Origin: Acanthaster planci
Taxonomy: Eukaryota
Length of the DNA: 64,000 nucleotides
Direction of reading: 5' to 3'
Assembly (NCBI RefSeq): GCF_001949145.1
Contig: NW_019091360.1
Location: forward strand, 802,137 to 866,136
Shown: positions 39,101-51,100 of the stretch, piece after piece
Layout: every line of letters starts with the position of its first letter
Numbering within the stretch: the first letter of the stretch is position 1
Notes under the pieces: generated by a model
The model's input: only the letters and a program-made list of their open reading frames with translations
Database searches by the model: none
What the model was told of the DNA's origin: nothing
Program-made: the position numbers and the translations under genes

Positions 39101-42100
39101 GTCGATATTTGTAATTCCACAACAGTATGGAATTCTATGATAATGCCTATCTTTCTTCTGTTGNNNNNNNNNNNNNNNNNNNNNNNNNNNNNNNNNNNNN
39201 NNNNNNNNNNNNNNNNNNNNNNNNNNNNNNNNNNNNNNNNNNNNNNNNNNNNNNNNNNNNNNNNNNNNNNNNNNNNNNNNNNNNNNNNNNNNNNNNNNNN
39301 NNNNNNNNNNNNNNNNNNNNNNNNNNNNNNNNNNNNNNNNNNNNNNNNNNNNNNNNNNNNNNNNNNNNNNNNNNNNNNNNNNNNNNNNNNNNNNNNNNNN
39401 NNNNNNNNNNNNNNNNNNNNNNNNNNNNNNNNNNNNNNNNNNNNNNNNNNNNNNNGGAATTCTATGATAATGCCTATCTTTCTTCTGTTGCATAAGATGA
39501 TGGCAATGTATTTTGAAAAACCATGAAGTTTAAGGTGATAAAACTTTCATTGTATCAGTGAAACATTTTCAATAATTTGTCCAAACAAACTTGAAATTCT
39601 ACATAAATGTACACAAAGACAAGCCTAGATATTGTAAGTCTGTCCATTCTTGCTTTATCATTTAGAGATATCCTGTTATGTCATAGCAGCCAGGATGCTG
39701 TTCACGACAGCTCTTCGTGGTACCACAATGTACATGTAACAGAAATTTTCCAAAGTCGGCACATTTGTACATAATTGTTAATTTGCAGAATGTACCAATC
39801 TCAGCAGTGGCGATGTATGAATAGTAGTTGGCTATGCGCAGGCCTTCGTGTGCTGCCAGTCTGCTTGGACATGTACATGTATACTCTGGAGGTCATGTAC
39901 ACGTACATGTAGCAGTCAGTAGAGGAAAAACCACTTTGCACTTCTGGCAATAAAGATTTTCAAATGAGGGAAATGTACTCTGTGGCTTTAGGTACATAAG
40001 GGCCAGAGAATGTCAGGAATTCAAAATCAAAGGCCACCTGCGACTCAACAGTGCACACGTATGTAATAGATGCTCACTTGCAGAGGAGTGTCTATAACGT
40101 GCAGATTCCACAATTACTTATGCTAGACAACCTCGTAGTGCTTCCCAGATTTTGACCAATGAGTGGGCACCAACCTTTGCCTGGAAAACACTGCGCATGA
40201 AAGTACCTAGGGTAGTCAGGGTGGAGTTGGTGTCTCGTTAAATTGTTTTGCTATTTCCCTCTTCTGTTGTTTTCAATAGATTTTCCATAGTATTTGCGAC
40301 ACATGTACACTATTTGTTAAAGGAAGCGCAGAAGTTTAATCCTTGCTTTGCTGGTTGAATCCGTTTGATCATTGTGGCTTGCACTTGAGGTGATCAATTC
40401 TCATGCATGTCATAACAGTGAAGCATACTTTTCACTGACACTTTTATGTCTGCCGAGTCAGCTGACACCTTTTGACCAATCAATGTCCTTTGTCACCATT
40501 CAGACAAAAAATGACTTTATAATAACTCTGTTTGGCTGATACACCGCTTTCCATAAAATTTGCTTGCATTGATGTGTCAGCCATTCACGCTGAGCACATG
40601 GCAGAGCAGAGCAGGTGATACTCAGACTAGCAATTCCGCTGATCAGATCATAATGGAAGCCTGGCGTGGTTCTATCATGCTGTCAGGAGGGTTTTGTTCC
40701 ATAGAAATATGTCTGAATGAGTCCGGATGTTTATGCACTCTGCTCTGAAAATATCCTAGACTGGGTTATTAAGCTGTTCAGTAAAGCCTGGTTTCCATAT
40801 CAACGTAAGAAACACAGAGGGCAATGCAATCAAGACAAACTGCAATGCGGACATATGGAAACATGTCAAATGGTGGCGTTGCTGACAACGCAGACAAACA
40901 CAAACCAGCCTGTGAATGATTGGCAAAGTTGAGCCAGGTTCAACTTTGCTGACTGTCTCCGTCGAATAGCCATGGTATCCCTATACAAACACGCATGCTG
41001 GCATGGCCGGTGTGCATTGCTGTCCCTCTTGCCTAGTTCCATGACTTTGCCCATTTTCTCCTTAATGTTTAAATATTACACCCCAGTGAGCAACTAATAG
41101 ATGACCGTCAATGAAATGCATTGAACTGGAGCAGAGGTTTGCCGTCATGAGGTGGTACTGTCAATCTAAAAGCACATTTTCCGTGAAAAATCACAGAGTT
41201 TCGGTGCCATTTTGTTTCAATTTTTGGGTGGAATGATGTCATGCACCATCTCTTCCGTTCGTGTCTGCATCTTCACGTCTTGCGTTCCATCTGCATTACA
41301 AACGGCCACATGGAAACCAGGCTAAGTGCTCCTTTTGAGACTGGAGACTAGCTACATGTGATTGAGCTATCCAAGGTTGTTTATAAGGTTCTTATTGCAG
41401 ACTGGGGATCAGTTTGACAAACTGGTCCTACATGTAGTACTTTCCTCGCCTGCTACATTTGGGTAATTCCAGAATTAGGGGTCCATTTTGTTCATGTCCC
41501 GTCACATCTAGCATATGATTTTGTAAGTTTAGAAGACATTTTCAAATTTCCAAGAGCGATGAATTAATGCAAATTACCTGCCAAACAAATAGTAATAGTT
41601 TGAAAACAATCTGGTGATATTTCCATGTCAAATAACAAAGGTCAGATGTAACAGACACAAAAGTGCCACACTTTTGGATCCCTCATTTCTGGAATTACCT
41701 TTGTACATGTACCTCTGTAATCCAGCTTCAAATTCCACCCAGGCAGACCAGTTTTAGAGTCCCAACCTGATCCTGTTGATGTTCTCCAGAACATTTGGAG
41801 TTTCCTCCCAATTGTATCAGTGAACTTCCTTCAATATTTTCTGCTCAAAACAAATGTGGAGAACAGCTTATACATGCACATGTATGTAAATGATATGGCT
41901 TTATCCTGGGTAAATTTTTTTTTATTTAAAAAAAGTGTACATGTAAACTCTGTCTGCTGTTCTATAGTCTGTTAACAAAGGCAAGATTCTGGCAGGATAC
42001 CTGTACTTGAAAAATCTTTCAAAACTAATGCTTAATTCCATTTAACAAATCTCTTCTGTTTATTAGGTAGCTTACATGCTCTTTGCTGTACTGTACTGTA

Positions 42101-45100
42101 TGTTGTCTCTGCCGATAATTGTGTTCTTTGAAGCACATTGAAATAGGGTCAAGCCCTTTGCAAGCCTCATGTTGTGATGCTTCACATTTACAATGGGAGA
42201 AGAATACTTTGAAACCTGCATTTTGTTCTTGTTTTTCTTGATTTTGGGTTGTCTTATGGACTAATCACAGTCAGTACATCATGTACATTACTTTCAGATA
42301 TTGTGCTAGACAAATTGATTGCATCTAACCAGCTGGAAGAGGAAAAGCGTGACCAGGTGCGAGAGGCTCTCTTGCGGAAGCATCATCACCATGGACAGAA
42401 GAAACACAGAGAGAAACGGGGGAGCAGTATCCTACCCATGATACGTTCACTGACTGACATTGGTAGGAGTCTGTCTGGATCTGCAGGCTATGGTAGCAGT
42501 ATGGAACAAGGTATTGAAGAACACAAATGAAGTCAGTTTTGTGTACTCCGTGCACTTACTGATTATGTATATTGAGCTTGTGCTACCATATCTCATACAT
42601 ATTCATGATTGAATGCCAAAGTCTCCTTGTACATTCATTATCATGAGCCAATCACCACTCTTGCAGTTTACCAGGCATGCAAGCATGCAAGCATCCGTAA
42701 GCAAGTCCAATATGCAAGCACTGTAAATTCTTCCCTGGGAACAGACAACATGTGTAGTTTATGGAACTATTATGAAACTATTGTCCGGGTGAAGTACGCA
42801 TGCGCAAGCACTTCTGTATCTATTCATGTGTAACAAAGGCGATACTTGTGCATGCGTACCTAACATGGGCGACTGACAACGTGTGTGCATTATGGAGGTA
42901 TTTTGAAACTCTTTGTCCAGGTGAAGTATGCATGTACAACCATACTACACATACATTTGTAGATACATGTAAATGATACATGTGCCTGAAATTGCCGTTG
43001 AACTGAATGCGTATGAGGTATGGTAAGACAAGTATAATACTGGGTGATTTGATTGGCCTGGAGAACTTTTGTGTCAAATATCAATACTTCATGGAGGTGA
43101 CATTAACTACTCACCCTCAAACCATACACATGGGTCTTGCTAATCAGGGACCATCATTCATACTGTTCATTGTGAATGCAGTCTAATAGCTGCCTTGGGC
43201 AGACAGAATTGATTGAGGTCAAATTTGCACGCAGACACATGGAATGTATGCCATATGCCTGTGCTGTGGTCCCCAGTCTCAAATTTTAGGCATGGATGCA
43301 TTTTATCATCTTGGCAACATTCTAGTGATTGTTAAACCATGAGCACATGAAAGAANNNNNNNNNNNNNNNNNNNNNNNNNNNNNNNNNNNNNNNNNNNNN
43401 NNNNNNNNNNNNNNNNNNNNNNNNNNNNNNNNNNNNNNNNNNNNNNNNNNNNNNNNNNNNNNNNNNNNNNNNNNNNNNNNNNNNNNNNNNNNNNNNNNNN
43501 NNNNNNNNNNNNNNNNNNNNNNNNNNNNNNNNNNNNNNNNNNNNNNNNNNNNNNNNNNNNNNNNNNNNNNNNNNNNNNNNNNNNNNNNNNNNNNNNNNNN
43601 NNNNNNNNNNNNNNNNNNNNNNNNNNNNNNNNNNNNNNNNNNNNNNNNNNNNNNNNNNNNNNNNNNNNNNNNNNNNNNNNNNNNNNNNNNNNNNNNNNNN
43701 NNNNNNNNNNNNNNNNNNNNNNNNNNNNNNNNNNNNNNNNNNNNNNNNNNNNNNNNCTGATCCAGGGGGTAGGGGGGCCAACGGGGGAAAGCCTCTCCCC
43801 TCCTCCCCGCCCCCCCCAAAAAAACTGTTTTTTGATAAAGGGAAAGTTTACTTCCTCTTCCTCCAAAAAGCACATAAACCCCAAAATATAGCCTCAAGCT
43901 GCAGAAAGGTCATAAAAGGTTTCATGAAAAAATTTTTTTGTTCCCCAAGTAAGACCTCCCCCCCCAAATTTGGTTCAGGACCTGTCTGTAATTAGATGGG
44001 GGGGTTCCTCAACAAATCTAACTCAATCTCATTTTCACCTTTAAAGTGTTTGCCAGAACTTCCCTCCAAGATTCTAGCATAATTTTTATTGAGTTGTTTG
44101 AAATTCAACTAAGTGAAACTCAGATCAGGAAATTAAGTTTTAACCACGTAATGCCTTATTTTTTTACCCACAACAGCTGATGGACCGGGTTTTTTTACCC
44201 GCAAATTTTTCAACCTTGCAATTACGCTTTGTCCCAAGCAAGCATGACACATTAATATGTTAACTACAGAACTGAAAAAAGAATTCTTAAACGAGTGTAC
44301 ACATCCTCCATAGAACAAATAAGGAAAATTACACATGTATGTGCGTCTACACGTCATCAGGCATCAAGGGGATAACAAGGTGTCACTCATAACTCAAAAA
44401 TGGGAATTATTTCAATGCAATAAAACTTTTACAGATTGGTATAAAATGGTAGAGAGCCAAAAAACAAAAGAAACATGTGCTCTGTGTTTGGATATCGTAT
44501 GTTAAGTGGCATACAAATACATATTGTTCAGACATTTTGAAAGGATGCTTTAATTTACATGTACATGTACTGATAGTTTTACTTCAACTTCAAGGGTTGA
44601 TCTCAAAAATGAAATGTTCTTGTTGAAGGATTTTACATAAATATAATATCCCAGTCATGATTGGCTTCGATTTTCCTCTGTTGATCTTTTTTTGTATACA
44701 GGTGCATGTCCATCCATACATTGGACATTTCCTGTCATGCCTCAAATACAGTAGACAAATCACTTTGAAATGTGGTTCTCTGACTGCAGTGTTGTAGTCC
44801 AGTCCATCACAGGTCCCTGTATGTCCATCACAGGTCTCTGTATGTCCATCACAAGTCCCTTATGTCCATCACAAGTCCCTTATGTCCACCACAGGTCCCC
44901 GTATGTCCATCACAGGTCCCTGTATGTCCATCACAGGTCCCTGTAAGCCCATCACAGGTCCCTGTATGTCCATCACAAGTCCCCGTATGTCCATCACAGG
45001 TCCCTGTATGTCCATCACTAGTCCCCGTATGTCCATCACAGGTCCCTTTATGTCCATCACAAGTTCCCGTNNNNNNNNNNNNNNNNNNNNNNNNNNNNNN

Positions 45101-48100
45101 NNNNNNNNNNNNNNNNNNNNNNNNNNNNNNNNNNNNNNNNNNNNNNNNNNNNNNNNNNNNNNNNNNNNNNNNNNNNNNNNNNNNNNNNNNNNNNNNNNNN
45201 NNNNNNNNNNNNNNNNNNNNNNNNNNNNNNNNNNNNNNNNNNNNNNNNNNNNNNNNNNNNNNNNNNNNNNNNNNNNNNNNNNNNNNNNNNNNNNNNNNNN
45301 NNNNNNNNNNNNNNNNNNNNNNNNNNNNNNNNNNNNNNNNNNNNNNNNNNNNNNNNNNNNNNNNNNNNNNNNNNNNNNNNNNNNNNNNNNNNNNNNNNNN
45401 NNNNNNNNNNNNNNNNNNNNNNNNNNNNNNNNNNNNNNNNNNNNNNNNNNNNNNNNNNNNNNNNNNNNNNNNNNNNNNNNNNNNNNNNNNNNNNNNNNNN
45501 NNNNNNNNNNNNNNNNNNNNNNNNNNNNNNNNNNNNNNNNNNNNNNNNNNNNNNNNNNNNNNNNNNNNNNNNNNNNNNNNNNNNNNNNNNAAAAGCATTC
45601 TTTGTCATTGTTCACCCTGTTACTTATGACTAGCCTTGTGAAGGGACTCGAATACAACACTGTCCAACTGTGAAAGTGAAGGCTTCGAAGATTCAAAGTG
45701 CCGGTACAAAGAATCGGTAACAGTTACGCACATATGACTTTTTTTTATATAAGTTAGTCGTCTCTCAATATACTGGTACATGTTGAAAAGTGACACTGAA
45801 TTTCCAAAACACCAAAGGTACATGTAGATTACTCCCTGTTATCTACATGTACATGTACATGTATTTTATTTGGCTGTCTGAAGCACCCAGGCAATTTCCT
45901 CAAAGATACATGTACACTGCGTGATATCTTGTGATACTAGCGTGTCTTAATGCAGTGTCAGTACATAGTGTGCTTTTCTTAACATGTCAAAGTTTACACA
46001 TGTACTATGATATTTGTGGGAGATGTTTCACATTTTGCATCATTCCTTGGAAGTTTAAAAAATTGCATCCGCAGTGTTTAGTTACGGTACATTATCTTTG
46101 GCCTTTTCACAAACTATAGTGTGAGTAATTCAGCAGGAATTGCATGTATGTACTGATACCACATTTTGAGTTATTGTTCATGGAGGGGGCGAGATTGCTT
46201 TTTTCAACATGAGTTGGAATTACTAGGCATACTTGAAATTTGTACCACAATCAAGTTATTGGAGTGATGCACAACATCCATGTCTCACTGATGTAAAAAA
46301 AGGATCTGTCCATTTCATGAGGTCTGTTTTGTCCATTGTACATTGTAAGTTAACTTGATAGACTGTGAACATTTGATATGTTGTATGTCTTGAACAGCTG
46401 TCCGATTTTGTCAGAGGTGTCGTGGCACCCAAATCAGATGAAGTTGACAGGATTCATACAATTTACAAAGGGACAGGCGGCACTAACTCTTTTGAGAATT
46501 GGGTAATTCCAGAAATTAAGGGTTCATTTTTTGTGTATCCCTGTTAAATCCCACATATGATTTTGTAAGTTCAGAACAGATTTTCCAATTTCCAAAGAGT
46601 GATGAATTAATGCAAATTAACTTCCAAACAACTGGTAATAGTTTGAAAACTATTCTGATTTTCGGGTACCACGAACAACTACTGGTATTTCAAGGATGGA
46701 TTTTAACCGGGGAGATGTAAATTAATTTTGGATTTTTGCCCTTCCCGATGTGTATTTTAATTAATGCTGTATACTCAGTGTATACCCCGAAGGCTTGTGA
46801 AAAAAAAACGCAAGCATGCTCGGGTGATATTCTGATGATATTTCCATGTCAAATAACAAAGGTCAGATGTAACAGGGACACAAAAATGTCACACATTTGG
46901 ACCCCTAGTTTCTGGAATGACCCAGTTACTTGGCAGCGTAGCTTTTGTGGGTTTAATGTACTGGTACAAGTGGTAATCAAAGCTGGAGCCAATTAAAGCT
47001 GGTAGTTGACATACCATATCAGGCACACATAACTGAAAATGGTATGATAGCAACTTGGTAAGGTCATTGGTTGTAAATGTCATAATACTGAATGAACTGT
47101 TGCATCAGGTTTGTGTGGTTACCAATATAGTATATTTGTACCTGAACTGGGCTGTACATGATTAATACAGTTACTTACTATGCATTGCTCTTAAAATGAG
47201 TTCACACATCTTAATCCTGATCTCTCAAAAGTCAAGAAAACACATTGTCAAGCTAAATTCCTAAAAGAGATAGAGAAATTCCTGTGATTTCATTCATGCT
47301 TGGCCTGGTTGCCCAGTAGTTGATGGAAGTCTTTCCTTTTTTGTTTGTCTTTAATGGAATCATTGAAGGAGCTGAGGCATCAGTTCAAGGCCACATAGTT
47401 GGAGCTGCCATTCATGGTATTATATCATTGTGTATATAAAGCTTGCAGGCTTCAATTCTGGTTTCAAACTGTGCCAGTTCCATGTACATGTACAATGTAT
47501 GTACACAAATTTCATGCACAGTATATAGCCCAGCACACCATTTACCGAAAGTGTGAAACTTTTGCTAAGCCTCATTTGTGATAGCAATGCTCAGGGCTGC
47601 GGTGGAGCACTAACTATTTACGGTACTTCGTTGCAGTGATTACAGTGATTGATGGGTGCATTTTCAGCATGTACTCTCATTTTTTGCATGAATGTGGCGA
47701 GGCTTTCCACTGTTCAGCTTCTCTTCTGCCAGTGTTGAGATTGCGCTGCCATGGTTACCGGTTACCTCATGGTAACGGTTCCAGTATGCCATCTTGCCCT
47801 GATTGGTCATCACCAATCATACTGTAGCTCATCCCTCTCTATTCTCTCAAGCTCATTTGCCATGGAGCTATTCATCTGCTCTTTCACCTTTGTGAAATTA
47901 GATTTTGGACCCATTATCAAAAGATTGCATTAGGGTCCCAATGGCCAAATAAGCAGCATTCCATCACTTGATACTTGATACATGGCCACAAAAAGTGCAA
48001 GCATAACTATTACTGCCATGCTTTTTCTTAACTTTGGCTGACTGAGATATTTCATCTTTTTACTTGATGGCTGATTGAAGAATGGCACATGTCACAAATA

Positions 48101-51100
48101 GACAAGAGCAGATGGATCAACAAGTTTCAAACCAATTCAAAAGTTTTTATTTAATTTCTGTCGCTTGTATTTTATGGAACTGTACCGGTATTTGTTAACC
48201 AATCCATCAGTTCATCGCTGTTGTGACCTCAAGACTTGAAAGAGACATTGCAACTCACACATAAGAATATTTGATTTTATTTACCAAAGGAAAACACATC
48301 CTGTTAGTGACATTTTATCCTCAGATTTGCAAACCCAGCTGACCTCTCCTGATGAACTTTCGAGTACCTGGTTCATAGAATACCTGGATATTTTTGCTCC
48401 TTGGCCTAAATACAAGCCTAAATACCTTAACAAGTGGTTTATTTCCTCTCTTTCCTTTGGTTTTTATTTTACCATGATTAATGGAGAAGATTACTTGCAC
48501 AAGTGTCGGATTCTGGTTTTTGAGTTCAAAATTATAAATTGAATTAATTTTTTCTTGCAAACACATGTTATCACCTAGCTAGCACCCATCACTTGGTTTA
48601 TCTTATTTCAATTACATTATGAGAATTTCCAAGCTCATTTTTCATTGTTTGAAGTTGTTCCTGTGCGGCACTTGTTTGATTTACCTATCCATATTTTCAG
48701 AGTATTTACTCAAAACAAAATCAACATAAAATGCAAACTTAAGACTGTGATGTGCACATTTCCAACCCTGAAAAGGCTGGGTTTATTTAACCTTCTCACG
48801 GGGGCAGGATCTTGGCTGTCTCAATCTTTTTGAAATTTCATATGCGTATATAAAAAAAAATTTGTTATGAGTATATTTCTTAGTGAGTTGGAGAAGATAA
48901 CATTTTTGGGACAGCGGTCTCGCAAGAATGGATCCCCTGGAATGACTTTTTAAAAAATGAATTGTGCTGACATCGGTGAAAGTGTACTGGAAGGTTGGGG
49001 GAAGGATTCCCTTTGTCCTCCTTCCAATCCTGCTCTTTATTGGGTTATTATCAGTGATTCAAGAACACCTCCCCCTCCCACATTGACAAGAAGCTTTGTG
49101 GGTAAAAGGATTCTGTAACCTTTAAGGTGCATGTAATTCTTCAGAATCAGCTGTTATAGATAAACATGTACATGTATTCATTTTTAATTAATGGCAAAAC
49201 AGATGTTTATTTCCATCAAATCCAGGCATTTTCATCCAATGCTAAATTTATCTCTCTTGCGCTTACACCTCTAAACCAGCAATCTATTTTATCATTTCTA
49301 AGCATGATGGCTTCATCTCAGAATTTCTCATACACTTGCCGTGTGCATAGTGCTACAAGGTGTCAATTCTTTCATGTGGTTGTATGATGCAAAATGAACG
49401 TATGTATGCATTGATTATGATTGAATGAAACAGACATATGAGCAGATATTAGAATGATCAATTTTGGGTTTGCACTGGAACAGTGTGAGTGTAATCACAT
49501 TCAAGTGTGACATGCCACTTGATGTAGATGATGTCACACATAAAACACATCAGTAAAGGCATGTGCAGTGTAGGACCTAGTAACTTGTCGCTAAACTAGC
49601 TGCTTACGTGTACATGTCGCTGTACATCATGTCTGTTCTGAATGTGCAGTGTANNNNNNNNNNNNNNNNNNNNNNNNNNNNNNNNNNNNNNNNNNNNNNN
49701 NNNNNNNNNNNNNNNNNNNNNNNNNNNNNNNNNNNNNNNNNNNNNNNNNNNNNNNNNNNNNNNNNNNNNNNNNNNNNNNNNNNNNNNNNNNNNNNNNNNN
49801 NNNNNNNNNNNNNNNNNNNNNNNNNNNNNNNNNNNNNNNNNNNNNNNNNNNNNNNNNNNNNNNNNNNNNNNNNNNNNNNNNNNNNNNNNNNNNNNNNNNN
49901 NNNNNNNNNNNNNNNNNNNNNNNNNNNNNNNNNNNNNNNNNNNNNNNNNNNNNNNNNNNNNNNNNNNNNNNNNNNNNNNNNNNNNNNNNNNNNNNNNNNN
50001 NNNNNNNNNNNNNNNNNNNNNNNNNNNNNNNNNNNNNNNNNNNNNNNNNNNNNNNNNNNNNNNNNNNNNNNNNNNNNNNNNNNNNNNNNNNNNNNNNNNN
50101 NNNNNNNNNNNNNNNNNNNNNNNNNNNNNNNNNNNNNNNNNNNNNNNNNNNNNNNNNNNNNNNNNNNNNNNNNNNNNNNNNNNNNNNNNNNNNNNNNNNN
50201 NNNNNNNNNNNNNNNNNNNNNNNNNNNNNNNNNNNNNNNNNNNNNNNNNNNNNNNNNNNNNNNNNNNNNNNNNNNNNNNNNNNNNNNNNNNNNNNNNNNN
50301 NNNNNNNNNNNNNNNNNNNNNNNNNNNNNNNNNNNNNNNNNNNNNNNNNNNNNNNNNNNNNNNNNNNNNNNNNNNNNNNNNNNNNNNNNNNNNNNNNNNN
50401 NNNNNNNNNNNNNNNNNNNNNNNNNNNNNNNNNNNNNNNNNNNNNNNNNNNNNNNNNNNNNNNNNNNNNNNNNNNNNNNNNNNNNNNNNNNNNNNNNNNN
50501 NNNNNNNNNNNNNNNNNNNNNNNNNNNNNNNNNNNNNNNNNNNNNNNNNNNNNNNNNNNNNNNNNNNNNNNNNNNNNNNNNNNNNNNNNNNNNNNNNNNN
50601 NNNNNNNNNNNNNNNNNNNNNATGTACATGTCGCTGTACATCATGTCTGTTCTGAATGTATACAGTGTAATGTATTTCTTTATCTCTATCATGCATGTAG
50701 TTGTGAAGAGTTGTTGGTCCCATTCAATGCTGAAAAAGTTATCACTGCAATGGTAGAAACTCTCAGTTTTGAACATGAAGGGTTCATTTGCTCATTTCCT
50801 TAGTCTTTGATTTACATGTTTTTTTACTTGGACAATTCATTTGCCATCATGAACTGAGGTGAACTCTCATACATGTAGAAAAGTGGTTCCATGTAGCATA
50901 CAGCCTTTGATGTATATAGAACATTGTACAGGATATTTTACACTATTGCTTCAATCGGAGAAGTACATTCATTACCATACTCCTGTGAGTTACATGTACA
51001 TGTATCCATAGTTTGTGAGTGCATTATTTTATCTCACTGTTTCTCTTCCTTATCGTGCAACAGACTGAAGGGAAGAGAGTACCACCTTTCATGTAAAGTG

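Noticed and set aside
44802..45070. Repeat array as a CRISPR array or a repetitive protein (TGTCDGH / VCPSQVP repeats)
   Set aside because: The units are contiguous with no unique spacers, there are no cas genes, and the context is a eukaryotic intron. The open frames result from a 21-bp stop-free unit.
51064..51092. Micro-exon after a strong polypyrimidine tract and CAG at 51063
   Set aside because: In the required phase 1 it reads GAC TGA (immediate stop), and its length does not preserve the frame.
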